The position numbers were made by a program, and so were the translations under genes. A stretch of 64,000 nucleotides of DNA, taken from Armatimonadota bacterium. GTDB taxonomy: Bacteria > Armatimonadota > SYMT01. The stretch spans positions 1,440,001-1,504,000 of the forward strand of contig JAWLHY010000001.1 in assembly GCA_041690135.1 (NCBI GenBank), given 5' to 3'. Below the pieces are notes generated by a model that did no database searches, was not told the DNA's origin, and was given only the letters and a program-made list of their open reading frames with translations. Below, one piece after another: positions 30,693-40,612 of the stretch (the stretch's first letter is position 1; each line of letters opens with the position of its first letter).

Positions 30693-31202
30693 CTAATCCC
30701 TCGTCATCGAGCCGTCGTTGATCGGCGCCGGCTCCAGCAGGCGCTCCTTATCGTAGAGCTGGTATTCCCGGCTGTAGCTCGCCAGCTCGTACTCGCCCGT
30801 CATACCGAGCGCTTCGGTGGGGCACGCTTCCACGCAGAACCCACAGAAGATACAGCGCAGCATGTGGATTTCGTAGACCTCGGCGTACCGCTCTCCTTCG
30901 GAAATGCGGTGCTGATCCGTATTTTCACCCGCGATTACCCGGATACAGTGGGCCGGGCATGCCGCCGCGCAGAGCGCGCAGCCGACGCACTTCTCCAGGC
31001 CGTTTTCATGACGGCGCAGCACGTGGCGGCCCCGGAAACGGGGGTACGGCACGTAGTGCTCCTCCGGGTAGAGCTGCGTGACGCGCTGCCCGGAGAGCGC
31101 TTCCACCGCGGTGGTCTTCAGGCCCTGTACCAGGGCGTTCACCTTGGCGAGGAGACCCGTGCGACGATCGGCAGGTACGACTAATTCCTGTTGTATAGGC
31201 AT
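30693..31202 (-). CDS. nuoI: NADH-quinone oxidoreductase subunit I
   Basis: YPEE, RFRGRH and two CxxCxxCxxxCP motifs. Confidence 0.97.
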   Translation of the reverse strand: MPIQQELVVPADRRTGLLAKVNALVQGLKTTAVEALSGQRVTQLYPEEHYVPYPRFRGRHVLRRHENGLEKCVGCALCAAACPAHCIRVIAGENTDQHRISEGERYAEVYEIHMLRCIFCGFCVEACPTEALGMTGEYELASYSREYQLYDKERLLEPAPINDGSMTRD

Positions 31203-31246
31203 ATCTAAAGCCCTCCAGAGGCGGGCAACTGCTACTTTCTCACAGA

Positions 31247-32626
31247 CTATTCAGGCTGTCCGGCAGGGGCCGGAGCATTGGCAGCCGGAGCTTCGGCGGG
31301 TGGCGTCGGAGGCGGCGCTTCCGCCCCTGCGCCCTCGGCCGGAGCCGGAGCGCCTGGTCCATTTCCGCCGGGTGTGTCCACCTCGGGTGCAGCGGCTCCA
31401 GGGGTCTCCGCGGGCGCATTCGTCCCCGGCGCGGGGGCCGGTGCATTGGCCGCGGGCGCGTTACCCGCCGGAGCACCTCCGGCCGGTGCGTTGGCGGCCG
31501 GAGCATTCCCCGGCTGGTTGCCAAGCAGTACGGCCGGTACTGGCTGCGGGAAGGCGAAGGTCACCACCGTGGCGACGACCAGCACCAGCGCGAGAGAGCT
31601 CGGCATCAGCCACTTCCAGGTGAAGCTCATCAGGCGGTCGTAGCGGAGACGCGGAAGCGTTCCGCGGATCCAGATATAGACGAGGATGATGAAAGCCACC
31701 TTGGCCACGAACCAGAACAGCCCGTGCAGCGCATAGGCGATGCTCCCGTAGCCCAGGAACCGGTCCGGATACGGGGCGTGCCAACCGCCGAGGAACACGG
31801 TGGTGGTGATGGACGACACGTTCAGCATCGCCGCGTATTCACCGAGGAAGAACATCGCCCACTTCATGCCGCCGTACTCGGTGTGGTACCCGCCGATGAG
31901 CTCGGTTTCGGCTTCGGCCAGGTCGAACGGCGCGCGGTTCGTCTCGGCCAGACCGCAGATGTAAAAGAAGATCATCGCGATGAAGCCGAGGAACAGGAAG
32001 CGCGGGTTGAAGGCAGCCCAGTTGAGGATGCCGCCGTCCTGGGCTTCCACCACCTGCCGCAGGCTCATGCTCAGGATCGGAGTATCGCTGATGGCGCTCA
32101 CGATCAGGAAACCCGAGACCAGGCTCAGGCCCATCGGTAACTCGTAGCTCACCATCTGGGCAGATGCTCGTAGGCCGCCCAGCAGCGAGTACTTATTGTT
32201 GGACGACCAACCCGAGAGCACCACTCCGTAAACGCCCAGCGAGGTCAGCGCCAGCACCAACAGCAGTCCCACCGGCACGTCCGCGATCACCAGGTGATGC
32301 ACGGTGTCCCCGATGCGAAGGTCCCCGCCGAAAGGTATCACGGCGGCCACCGTCAGCGCCGGGATCATCGTGACGACCGGCGCCAGGAAGTAGAGGAGAC
32401 GGTCCACGTCCGTGGGGACGATCGACTCCTTCAGCAGCAGCTTGATGCCGTCCGCGAACGACTGGAGCAGGCCGAACGGGCCGACGCGCTGCGGACCGAC
32501 GCGAGCCTGGATGTCGGCAATGACCTTCCGCTCGAGCCAGACGATCATCGGTACCATCAGCATGATCGTACCGACCGCGATGGCGATCTTGATGAGAGCT
32601 GCGATCAGGGCAACGTGAAATGGCAT
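31247..32626 (-). CDS. nuoH: NADH-quinone oxidoreductase subunit H with Ala/Pro-rich C-terminal extension
   Basis: [37 protein letters not shown] and PRLRYD. Confidence 0.96.
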   Translation of the reverse strand: MPFHVALIAALIKIAIAVGTIMLMVPMIVWLERKVIADIQARVGPQRVGPFGLLQSFADGIKLLLKESIVPTDVDRLLYFLAPVVTMIPALTVAAVIPFGGDLRIGDTVHHLVIADVPVGLLLVLALTSLGVYGVVLSGWSSNNKYSLLGGLRASAQMVSYELPMGLSLVSGFLIVSAISDTPILSMSLRQVVEAQDGGILNWAAFNPRFLFLGFIAMIFFYICGLAETNRAPFDLAEAETELIGGYHTEYGGMKWAMFFLGEYAAMLNVSSITTTVFLGGWHAPYPDRFLGYGSIAYALHGLFWFVAKVAFIILVYIWIRGTLPRLRYDRLMSFTWKWLMPSSLALVLVVATVVTFAFPQPVPAVLLGNQPGNAPAANAPAGGAPAGNAPAANAPAPAPGTNAPAETPGAAAPEVDTPGGNGPGAPAPAEGAGAEAPPPTPPAEAPAANAPAPAGQPE

Positions 32627-32705
32627 CTTCGTATTCAGGCGGTCGGACCGATTGCCGGTCCGACCGCGCCTTCCAAACGCATCGACCCCTGCGGGTCAGG
32701 CTTCG

Positions 32706-35198
32706 CTACTCCGCCGCGCGGCTGATCCGGCAAGACAGCACGTCGGTTCCTTCGACCCAGAGGTCGCCCACGGACGCCTCGGTATAACCGGAAGGAATGA
32801 AGACACAACCGGCGGGTGTGTCGCCGGTCACCCGGGCCGTCAGGTCCAGGCGCCCGCTCGGCGTAATCACCCCTACTCGCTCGCCTTCGGTCACCCCGAG
32901 GCGCTCGGCGTCGGTCGGATGGATCTCCACGAACGGCTCGGGAGCCAATCCGGGGAGGACCGTCGACTCACGCTGGATCGTGCTCCGGTCGAACATCAGC
33001 CGGCCGGTATACAGGCGCAGCGGGAAGTTGGCGTCCGTGCGTGAGGGCTGCGGCGTTTCGACCCGCTGCAACCCGGCGGATGCCGGAACCTGCTTGCCCT
33101 CGAACGCGCGGCGCATCTCCTGGATCACGCCATCCACGGTATCGAAGCCGAGCGGCTTGCCCAGTTCCTCTGCCAGTTGGGCCAGGATCATCCAGCCTTC
33201 TTTCGACGCGCCCCGCGGCGCCATCGCCCGGACCAGCCGTTGCACGCGCCCTTCGATGTTGGTCACCGTGCCGTTTCGCTCGGCTACCGGCACACTCGGC
33301 AGCACCACGTCCGCGAGTTGGGCCGTTTCCGTCAGGAATAGGTCCTCGACCACCACAAAATCGACTGCCTCGATCGCCTGGCGTGCCTTGGCGGTGCTGG
33401 GGAACTCCACCACCGGATTAGATCCGGAGATGTAGAGCACCTTGAGCTTGCCTTCGAGCGCCGCCTGGAACATCTCGCCCGTCGCCAGGCCACGCGCGGC
33501 AACCTTCGCGCCGGCGGGACCGCTCTCCGGCAGGACGCCCATGTCGCGGGCGCCCCAGGTGTTCATCTCCTGGACCACTTCCATCGCGACGTGGCCCTCT
33601 TTCCCGGACTGACCCGCGAGCAGCGCCAGGTTGTTCACCGCGGCCAGCAGGTAGGCTCCGTCGCGGGCATCGGCTGCGGTCTGACCGTACAGGATGCTGC
33701 CGAGCTTCGCGCCGGCAAACAGCTTCGCCGCGGCCCGGATCTCCTGTTCCGTCACACCGGCCAGTTCCGCCAGCTCGGCCAGCGAGCGCCCGCCGAAGCC
33801 CTGCTGCACCGCTTCCAGGCTGGGTCCGGCCCCCTCCGCCGCAGGGCCATCTTCGATGACCGCCTTGGCGAGCGCGTTGAGGAGCGCGATCTCCTGGCCG
33901 GGCGTGTACTGCAGCCACTGGTGAGCGAATTTGTTCAGCGCGGTGGCGCGAGGATTGGCCACCACCACCTTCATCGCCTTCTTCATCAGGCTGCGCTTCA
34001 GGACCAGGTCCATCACGGGCGCCTCGGCAGTGAGGTCCGTGCCGATCAGCAGCACGACGTCGGCCTTCTCGAGCGACTGGATGGCGCCCGGCTTCGGGCG
34101 ATACTGCGGGTAGTTGACCCGCGTGCTGCCCATCCGGTGGTCGATGTTCCCCGATCCGATCACCTGGCGGGTGAACTGCTGCAGCGCAAAGCTGTCCTCG
34201 TTCGTGCTCCGCTCGGAGCCGAGGGCGGCGAACTGGCTCGGACTGCTCTGAACTTCCTTCAGCTTGGAGGCTATCAGGCGCAGCGCCTCGTCCCAGGCGA
34301 CTTCCTCGAACTCACCGTTCGCGCGCTTCACCATCGGGGAAGTCAGGCGGCGGTCGCTATTCACGTAGTCGTAACCGAACTGCCCGCGGTCACAGAGCCA
34401 GCCATCGTTGACCTGCGGATTCTCCAGGCCGACCACGCGCAGCAGCCGGTTTTCCCGAACGTCCTCGCGCAGGTTGCACCCGACGCTGCAGAGGCTGCAG
34501 ACACTCGGGGTTTTGATCAGTTCCCACGGACGCGCTTTGAACCGGAACGGCTTGCTCATCAGCGCGCCGACGGGGCACACGCGGATCGTGTTGCCGGAGA
34601 AGCCGGGTTTGAACTCTTCGTGCTCGAAGGTATAGACCTCCGTGGTGACGCCGCGCTGACCGAACTCCAGCACCGGCTCTCCAACCACTTCTTCCATTAC
34701 CTTGACACACCGCTTGCAGATGATGCAGCGGTCCTGGTTGCGCACGATCAGCGGACCCAGGTCATAGTCCTGGATGTGGATCTTCGGCTCGGTGGCGCGC
34801 GAAAGGGCGTTGCTGTGCTCAAAGACCCGGTCCTGCAGCTCGCACTCGCCTCCCTTGTCACACACGGGACAATCGAGCGGGTGGTTCAGCAGGATGAACT
34901 CCAGGCTGCCGGCGCGCTGAGACTTCACGCGATCGGTAGTCGTCCGGACGACCATGCCGTCGGCCACCACCGTGTTGCAGGCGGCGAGGAGTTTCGGGAC
35001 CTTCTCGATCTCAACCAGACACAAGCGGCACCCACCGAAGGGGGTCAACTGGTGGTGGTAGCAGAGATAAGGAATATCGATTCCGACCTTACGGGCTGCC
35101 TCGATGACATTGGTGCCCTTCGGAACCTGGACTTCCTGCCCATCTATAGTCAGCGTCACCATCGGGACGCTTGGAGCTTTCGTTTCGGCACTCATCAA
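32706..35198 (-). CDS. nuoG: NADH-quinone oxidoreductase subunit G
   Basis: N1b CYH..CRLC; N5 HPLDCPVCDKGGEC; N4 CIICKRC..CP; N7-type CSLCSVGC..CDRG; Mo-enzyme-like C-terminal fold. Confidence 0.96.
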   Translation of the reverse strand: MMSAETKAPSVPMVTLTIDGQEVQVPKGTNVIEAARKVGIDIPYLCYHHQLTPFGGCRLCLVEIEKVPKLLAACNTVVADGMVVRTTTDRVKSQRAGSLEFILLNHPLDCPVCDKGGECELQDRVFEHSNALSRATEPKIHIQDYDLGPLIVRNQDRCIICKRCVKVMEEVVGEPVLEFGQRGVTTEVYTFEHEEFKPGFSGNTIRVCPVGALMSKPFRFKARPWELIKTPSVCSLCSVGCNLREDVRENRLLRVVGLENPQVNDGWLCDRGQFGYDYVNSDRRLTSPMVKRANGEFEEVAWDEALRLIASKLKEVQSSPSQFAALGSERSTNEDSFALQQFTRQVIGSGNIDHRMGSTRVNYPQYRPKPGAIQSLEKADVVLLIGTDLTAEAPVMDLVLKRSLMKKAMKVVVANPRATALNKFAHQWLQYTPGQEIALLNALAKAVIEDGPAAEGAGPSLEAVQQGFGGRSLAELAELAGVTEQEIRAAAKLFAGAKLGSILYGQTAADARDGAYLLAAVNNLALLAGQSGKEGHVAMEVVQEMNTWGARDMGVLPESGPAGAKVAARGLATGEMFQAALEGKLKVLYISGSNPVVEFPSTAKARQAIEAVDFVVVEDLFLTETAQLADVVLPSVPVAERNGTVTNIEGRVQRLVRAMAPRGASKEGWMILAQLAEELGKPLGFDTVDGVIQEMRRAFEGKQVPASAGLQRVETPQPSRTDANFPLRLYTGRLMFDRSTIQRESTVLPGLAPEPFVEIHPTDAERLGVTEGERVGVITPSGRLDLTARVTGDTPAGCVFIPSGYTEASVGDLWVEGTDVLSCRISRAAE

Positions 35199-35252
35199 TT
35201 CTTCTCACTTCCGGCGCAGAAGCTTATCTTATCCGCCCTGTCGCCGTTGTTA

Positions 35253-36575
35253 CTACACGAGTGCGGGGAGTCCGCGCTCCTGCCCCACGGGCGACTTCTT
35301 GTGCTCGATCCAATATTCGAACTCGTGCATGAAGTGCTTCATCCCGCCCCAAATGATCGGCCACGCCGCCGCGTCACCCAGCGGGCAGAAGCTGCGGCTG
35401 TCCATCATTTTCTCGCCCGCGAGGTTCACGCAGACGCCGCGCAGCAGATCCAGGTCTTCCCGGCGCCCGTAACCGCTGGTGATGCGGCTGATGATCTTGT
35501 AGATCCAGTCGGTGCCGATCCGGCAGGGCACGCACTTGCCGCAGCTCTCGTTCTTGTAGAACCGCGCGATCACTTCGCACACCTGCACGATGTCCGTCGT
35601 GTCGTCGAACACCATGAACCCGCCCGAGCCGAGCATCGTGCCCGCGGACTGGAGGCTCTCGAAGTCCATGTTGGTGTTGAGCGCGAGTTCTTTGGGGATC
35701 ATCGGCATCGAGGAGCCGCCGGGGATCACCGCCTTCAGATCTCGACCGTCGCGCATGCCGCCGGCGATATCGTAGATCAACTCTTTCAGGGGCGTGCCCA
35801 TCGTGATCTCGTAGTTGCCGGGCTTCCGGACATGGCCGCTGACCGAGAAGATCTTGGTGCCGGTGCTCTTCTCCGTACCCATGCTGCGGAACCAGTCGAC
35901 GCCGTTGTTGACGAGGTAAGGGAGGTTGCACAGCGTCTCCACGTTGTTGATCGTGGTAGGCATTCCGTAGAGTCCCTGGACCGCCGGGAACGGCGGCTTG
36001 CTCCGCGGGTGGCCGCGCAGCCCCTCCAGGGAGTCCATCAGCGCCGTCTCTTCCCCGCAGATGTAGGCGCCCGCTCCGCGGTGCAGGATCAGGTTGGTGC
36101 TGAAACCGCTCCCGAGGATATTCTCGCCCAGGAAGCCGTGCGCATAGGCCTCGGCGATGGCATCCGCCAGCCGCTTCGCACCCAGCACCATCTCACCGCG
36201 GATGTAGATGAACATGGTCCGCACGCGCAGGGCGTAGGCGGAAATGATCATCCCCTCGATCAGCAGGTGCGGGTCGTCCTCCATCAACTCGCGGTTGTTG
36301 AAAGTGCCCGGCTCCGACTCGTCCGCGTTACAGATCAGGTAGCTGGGCCGGGCCGCCGTCGGCTCCTTCGGCATGAAGCCCCACTTCATCCCGGTCGGAG
36401 CACCTGCCCCACCCCGCCCGCGCAGACCGGACGCACGGACCATCTCGATGATCTCGTCCTGGCCCATGCCGAGCGCCTTCTTCAGACCCTGGTAATAGCC
36501 GTGCTCCAGCGCACGGTGGATCTTGTGCTGCTCGGGGTCGTCGATATACTTCCTAAGAATCTTGACTTCAGGCAT
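35253..36575 (-). CDS. nuoF: NADH-quinone oxidoreductase subunit F
   Basis: GLRGRGGAG, NADESEPG, GAGAYICGEET and ESCGKCVPCR. True start is the ATG at 36575. Confidence 0.97.
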   Translation of the reverse strand: MPEVKILRKYIDDPEQHKIHRALEHGYYQGLKKALGMGQDEIIEMVRASGLRGRGGAGAPTGMKWGFMPKEPTAARPSYLICNADESEPGTFNNRELMEDDPHLLIEGMIISAYALRVRTMFIYIRGEMVLGAKRLADAIAEAYAHGFLGENILGSGFSTNLILHRGAGAYICGEETALMDSLEGLRGHPRSKPPFPAVQGLYGMPTTINNVETLCNLPYLVNNGVDWFRSMGTEKSTGTKIFSVSGHVRKPGNYEITMGTPLKELIYDIAGGMRDGRDLKAVIPGGSSMPMIPKELALNTNMDFESLQSAGTMLGSGGFMVFDDTTDIVQVCEVIARFYKNESCGKCVPCRIGTDWIYKIISRITSGYGRREDLDLLRGVCVNLAGEKMMDSRSFCPLGDAAAWPIIWGGMKHFMHEFEYWIEHKKSPVGQERGLPALV

Positions 36576-36580
36576 GCTCG

Positions 36581-37123
36581 TTATCCGTTCTGGATCCGGC
36601 AGGTCTTCTCCGGAACGTAGGCCGCGTTGTAGAGGGAGCGGTCCGGCCCGCCTTCCGCCCGGAGTTGGTCGATCATCTTGCTCATCTGCTCGGGCGTCAC
36701 GTTGAAGTGGAAGTGGCCATTCACCTGGAGACAGGGCGCGCCGCCACAGGCGGCCAGGCACTCCACGCCCTTCAGCGTGAACATTCCGTCCTCGCTGGTC
36801 TCGCCCGGATGGATGCCGCACTTGTCCTCGACCACGTGGATCAGCTTTTGGGCCCCCAGCAGCGCACAGGAGACGTTGTGGCAGATCTCGATCAGGTACT
36901 TCCCGATCGGCTCCTTGTTGTACATCACGTAGAAGCTCATCATGGACTGCACGTCGGCAGGCTCCAGGCCCATCACCTCGGCTACGTCCTTCACGGCTTC
37001 GTGCGGCACCCAGCCGCCGCATTCTTCTTGCGCGATATACAGCGCCGCCCCGAGCGCCGATCGGCTGCAGGGGTAACGAGCCATCTGCTCGCGGATTGCG
37101 TCTTTTGCCTGTTCAGAAAGCAT
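36581..37123 (-). CDS. nuoE: NADH-quinone oxidoreductase subunit E
   Basis: CHNVSC and ECLAACGGAP [2Fe-2S] ligands. Confidence 0.96.
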   Translation of the reverse strand: MLSEQAKDAIREQMARYPCSRSALGAALYIAQEECGGWVPHEAVKDVAEVMGLEPADVQSMMSFYVMYNKEPIGKYLIEICHNVSCALLGAQKLIHVVEDKCGIHPGETSEDGMFTLKGVECLAACGGAPCLQVNGHFHFNVTPEQMSKMIDQLRAEGGPDRSLYNAAYVPEKTCRIQNG

Positions 37124-37128
37124 TGAGA

Positions 37129-38301
37129 TTACCGGTCGATCTCGCCCAGAACGATGTCCAGGCTGCCAATCACCGCCACGACGTCCGAAACCATGCTGCC
37201 TTCGCTGATGAAAGGCAGGGCGGAAAGATTGTAGAAGGAGGGCGGACGCACCCGCACTCGGTACGGCTTTTCGCTGCCGTCCGACGCCACGTAGAAACCG
37301 AGCTCACCCTTGGGCGACTCGATGGCGGCGTAGGCCTCGCCCGGAGGCACCGGGAAGCCCCGCGTTACCAGGATGAAGTGGTGGATCAACGCCTCCATAT
37401 CGGAGAAGACCCGCTCTTTCGGAGGCAGGACCACTTTCGGGTTGTCCGCATTGCAGGGGCCGTCCGGCATCGTGATCAGCACCTGTTCGATGATGCGGAG
37501 GCTCTGTCGCATCTCTTCCATGCGGACGCGGTAGCTGTCGAAGATGTCGCCGCTGTCACCGACCGGCACCACGAAGTCGTACTTCTCATAGCCGCAGTAC
37601 GGCTTCACCCGGCGGAGGTCATAAGGTACCCCGGCGGCCCGCAAACGCGGCCCGGTCACCCCCAGCCGCAGGGCATCATCCGCCTTCAAGTAGCCGACGC
37701 CTACGGTACGGTCGCGCCAGATCGGGTTCTCGTCCAGCAGCGTCCAGTACTCGTCCAATCGGTCCGCAAGGACGGCGATGGACTTCGCGATCTTCTCTTC
37801 CACCCCGTCCGGCAGGTCTAGCGCCACGCCGCCCACGCGAATGTAAGCGGGCGTCAGGCGCGCGCCGCAGATCTCCTCAAAGAAGTTGAGGATCATCTCG
37901 CGCTCGCGGAAGCTGTAAAGGAAGACCGACATCGCGCCGATGTCCATGGCGTGCGCGCCGATCCACAGGAGGTGGCTGGCAATACGCTGCAACTCGGACA
38001 TCAGCACCCGGATCGCCTGGCCTCGCTCCGGAATCTCCAGGTCGAGAAGTTTCTCCACGGCCAGGCAGTAGGCCAGGTTGTTGTTCATCCCGGACAGGTA
38101 GTCCATCCGGTCCGTGATAGTGATGGCCTGCTGATACGGCTCGTTCTCCATCGTCTTCTCCATACCGGTATGGAGATAGCCGATGTGGGGAACCGCTTTC
38201 ACGACGGTCTCACCATCGAGGTCGAGCACCAGCCGCAACACGCCGTGCGTAGACGGGTGCTGCGGGCCCATATTCATTGTTAGGGTTTCAGTTACGGCCA
38301 T
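37129..38301 (-). CDS. nuoD: NADH-quinone oxidoreductase subunit D
   Basis: NMGPQHPSTHGVLR, GYLHTG.EK, DRMDY, ESPKGE and DIVLGEIDR. Confidence 0.97.
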   Translation of the reverse strand: MAVTETLTMNMGPQHPSTHGVLRLVLDLDGETVVKAVPHIGYLHTGMEKTMENEPYQQAITITDRMDYLSGMNNNLAYCLAVEKLLDLEIPERGQAIRVLMSELQRIASHLLWIGAHAMDIGAMSVFLYSFREREMILNFFEEICGARLTPAYIRVGGVALDLPDGVEEKIAKSIAVLADRLDEYWTLLDENPIWRDRTVGVGYLKADDALRLGVTGPRLRAAGVPYDLRRVKPYCGYEKYDFVVPVGDSGDIFDSYRVRMEEMRQSLRIIEQVLITMPDGPCNADNPKVVLPPKERVFSDMEALIHHFILVTRGFPVPPGEAYAAIESPKGELGFYVASDGSEKPYRVRVRPPSFYNLSALPFISEGSMVSDVVAVIGSLDIVLGEIDR

Positions 38302-38377
38302 CGATAAGAACCCGGGCCTTCAAGGCCCTGTGACTTCCGACTGGCGCGCTCGGGACGGCGACCGACCCTCTGCGCGC

Positions 38378-38917
38378 TTACGTGATGTCTTTAATGTTGT
38401 TGAAGAGGATGACGGGCCGCTTGCCTACAAGGGGGAAATCCTTCCGCAGCGGATGGCCCTCGAAGTCGTCCGGCAGCACGATCTTGCGGGGGTCCGGATG
38501 CCCTTCGAAGGTCACGCCGAAGAGATCCATCACCTCTCGCTCGGCCCAGTCCGCCGAGGCGTATAGACCGGAAACCGTGGGGACGGCATCGCCCTCTCCC
38601 ACCCACACCCGCACGAAGAGTCGCTTGTTGTGGGTCACGGAGTAGAAATTGTAGATCACGTTGAACCGCTTCTCGCGCTCGGGCCGGTCGATGCACGTTA
38701 CGTCGGAGAGCAGCTTGTAATCCAGCGCGCGATCGTCGCGGAGCGTCTTCGCTACCGCAGCGATGGAGCGCGGCCGGACCGTGATCCAGAACATGTCCCG
38801 CTCCGGCGCCTCTTCCACGTCCAGCACGGCGTCCGGGTGCGCGCTGCGCAACTTGGTCAACTCCGCCTGCAGGTGGGAGGTCGGAGGCGTAACGGTTCCT
38901 TGCTCGGTATCAGCCAT
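38378..38917 (-). CDS. nuoC: NADH-quinone oxidoreductase subunit C
   Basis: WAEREVMDLFG..FEGHPD and GHPLRKDFP. Confidence 0.97.
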   Translation of the reverse strand: MADTEQGTVTPPTSHLQAELTKLRSAHPDAVLDVEEAPERDMFWITVRPRSIAAVAKTLRDDRALDYKLLSDVTCIDRPEREKRFNVIYNFYSVTHNKRLFVRVWVGEGDAVPTVSGLYASADWAEREVMDLFGVTFEGHPDPRKIVLPDDFEGHPLRKDFPLVGKRPVILFNNIKDIT

Positions 38918-38972
38918 TGCAGTTCCCTGGCAGACCGGAGCCCGGACCGAACAGTCCGGGCTCCGTGCCAGC

Positions 38973-39497
38973 TTATCCTCTCTCGTCCAGAATGCGTCCT
39001 GATTTCCGGATCTTCTTCTGTAGCTGCAGGATGCCGTAGATCAGGCTTTCCGGCCGGGGCGGACAGCCCGGCACGTAAACGTCGACCGGCACCACCTCAT
39101 CCACGCCCTGGACGATCGCATAGTTGTTGAACACGCCCCCGCAGGAGGCACATGCACCCATGGCGATCACCCACTTGGGCTCGGGCATCTGATCGTAGAT
39201 CTGCTTGAGTACAGGCGCCATCTTGCGGCTCACCCGGCCCGCTACCACCATCAGGTCCGCCTGGCGCGGTGAAGCCCGGAACACTTCGGCGCCGAAGCGC
39301 GCCAGGTCGTAGCGCGACGCTCCGGTGGCCATCATCTCAATGGCGCAGCAGGCCAGACCGAACGTCAGCGGCCAGATGGAATTTGCCCGTATTTCATTGA
39401 CCAAGTCGTCGAGCCGGGCCAGCAGGAAACCTTGTTGATTGATCTGCTGCCCCAGGGTATCGACGGACTTGCCGTCAACTGTTGTAATCACTCCCAT
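38973..39497 (-). CDS. nuoB: NADH-quinone oxidoreductase subunit B
   Basis: [18 protein letters not shown] and PGCPPRPE. Confidence 0.97.
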   Translation of the reverse strand: MGVITTVDGKSVDTLGQQINQQGFLLARLDDLVNEIRANSIWPLTFGLACCAIEMMATGASRYDLARFGAEVFRASPRQADLMVVAGRVSRKMAPVLKQIYDQMPEPKWVIAMGACASCGGVFNNYAIVQGVDEVVPVDVYVPGCPPRPESLIYGILQLQKKIRKSGRILDERG

Positions 39498-39865
39498 GTT
39501 AACGCCCCTCGTTTCAATATGTACAGATATCCTACCACGAGGATGCCGATGAATATGCCCATTTCAATCAGACCGTAGACTCCCAGCCAGCGGTGCACGA
39601 CAGCCCAGGGGTAAAAGAAGATGGCTTCGATGTCGAACAGGATGAAGAGCATCGCCACCAGGTAGAACTTGATGCTGAACCGGATGCGAGCACTACCGGT
39701 CGGGGTGATGCCGCACTCGTAGGACTGTAACTTCACCGCGTCGGCCTTCTGGAGGCGCAGGAGCTTCGTGAGGATCTGCGGAAGGAAGGTCATCGCCACG
39801 GCCATGACCACGGAGAGCACCAGAAGGATGGCGATAAAGAGGTATTGGGTGGGATCTTGCATCAT
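39488..39865 (-). CDS. nuoA: NADH-quinone oxidoreductase subunit A
   Basis: YECG and [22 protein letters not shown]. Start at ATG 39865 or 39862. Confidence 0.96.
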   Translation of the reverse strand: MMQDPTQYLFIAILLVLSVVMAVAMTFLPQILTKLLRLQKADAVKLQSYECGITPTGSARIRFSIKFYLVAMLFILFDIEAIFFYPWAVVHRWLGVYGLIEMGIFIGILVVGYLYILKRGALTWE

Positions 39866-39906
39866 TCGCTCTTCCCTGATGGGCGCACGGTAAGCCCCAT
39901 TGGAGC

Positions 39907-39941
39907 ACGTGAATTTTATCACAAGCGCCTGAGGCGGTCAA
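39907..39941 (-). promoter_or_regulatory. Sigma70-type nuo promoter overlapped by a Rex-like operator
   Basis: TTGACC (39941-39936), 17-bp spacer, TAAAAT (39918-39913). Palindrome TTGTGATAAAATTCACGT (39924-39907). Confidence 0.7.
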
Positions 39942-40049
39942 TGGAGCCGGGGAGGCCCATCGCCGCCTTTCATTCCAGGTCTCCTGGGGTTATTCCTTGC
40001 TCTTCAGGCAACGAGAGCAGAACTCCACCAAATCGCCCCAGCGGGAGGT

Positions 40050-40090
40050 ACACAACAAAGCCGGCGTCCGCGACATGCGGACGCCGGCTT
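40050..40090 (-). terminator. Intrinsic terminator (14-bp perfect stem)
   Basis: Minus strand AAGCCGGCGTCCGC-atgtc-GCGGACGCCGGCTT followed by TGTTGTGT. Confidence 0.75.
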
Positions 40091-40153
40091 CGGTAGGTAA
40101 TAGTGCTTTAGGTAGGGATTACAGCAAGGCGAATCAACGAGCTATAAGGCTCA
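40052..40153 (-). ncRNA. Candidate small RNA of about 100 nt
   Basis: Bounded by a near-consensus promoter and a strong terminator, with no credible ORF inside. Inferred, not a recognised family. Confidence 0.4.
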
Positions 40154-40159
40154 ATTAGA

Positions 40160-40188
40160 ATTATAGGCGGATCGCCCCAAAAATCCAA
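40160..40188 (-). promoter_or_regulatory. Sigma70-type promoter
   Basis: TTGGAT (40188-40183), 17-bp spacer, TATAAT (40165-40160). Confidence 0.65.
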
Positions 40189-40190
40189 GT

Positions 40191-40397
40191 TCATTCGACG
40201 TCGAATCCGGCCTTCTCCACGCGGTCACGGATGGCTTCGGGTCCGGTGCGGTGCTCGTCGTAACGGATCCGCACTTCGCGCACCGCCAGGTCCGCGTCGA
40301 TGGCTTTGATTCCGTCCAGCACGACCAGCGACTTCCGGATCGCGTTCACACAGGCGTCACAGTGAATCTCCGGTACCTTCAGGTGGACTTCGCTCAT
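40191..40397 (-). CDS. Heavy-metal-associated domain protein (CopZ-like chaperone)
   Basis: 68 aa; VPEIHCDACVNAI; C-terminal AGFDV; GGAG RBS. Confidence 0.88.
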   Translation of the reverse strand: MSEVHLKVPEIHCDACVNAIRKSLVVLDGIKAIDADLAVREVRIRYDEHRTGPEAIRDRVEKAGFDVE

Positions 40398-40414
40398 GCC
40401 TTTTACTCCTCCGG

Positions 40415-40612
40415 TTACTCCTCAGTCCGCAACTCTCCGTCGCCTCGACCGGCCGGCTCCCCCTCCCGCTCGAAGTCGTAGAACAACAGGTAGCGGCCGT
40501 CCGGCTTGAGCGTGCGGCGACGGATCATGGTGAGGCCCGGTCGAACCTCCGTTCGCGTGACCTCATCGGGGACGATGGGGTCGGATAGCCCGGAGGCTGC
40601 ATTTGCGCTCAT
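40415..40612 (-). CDS. Small hypothetical protein
   Basis: AGGAG RBS, 65 aa, co-oriented just upstream of the HMA gene; KPDGRYLLFYDF. Confidence 0.6.
   Translation of the reverse strand: MSANAASGLSDPIVPDEVTRTEVRPGLTMIRRRTLKPDGRYLLFYDFEREGEPAGRGDGELRTEE

Noticed and set aside
33591-36620. 1009-aa ORF on the + strand
   Set aside because: Antisense shadow of nuoG/nuoF caused by high-GC codon bias; no recognisable motifs. The same applies to 1936..2997, 27793..29019, 53820..55400 and 60430..61734.
40095-40154. Branched-chain amino acid attenuator leader peptide (TTG-IRLAVIPT)
   Set aside because: TTG start with no RBS, no antiterminator seen, and the downstream genes are nuo rather than ilv/leu.
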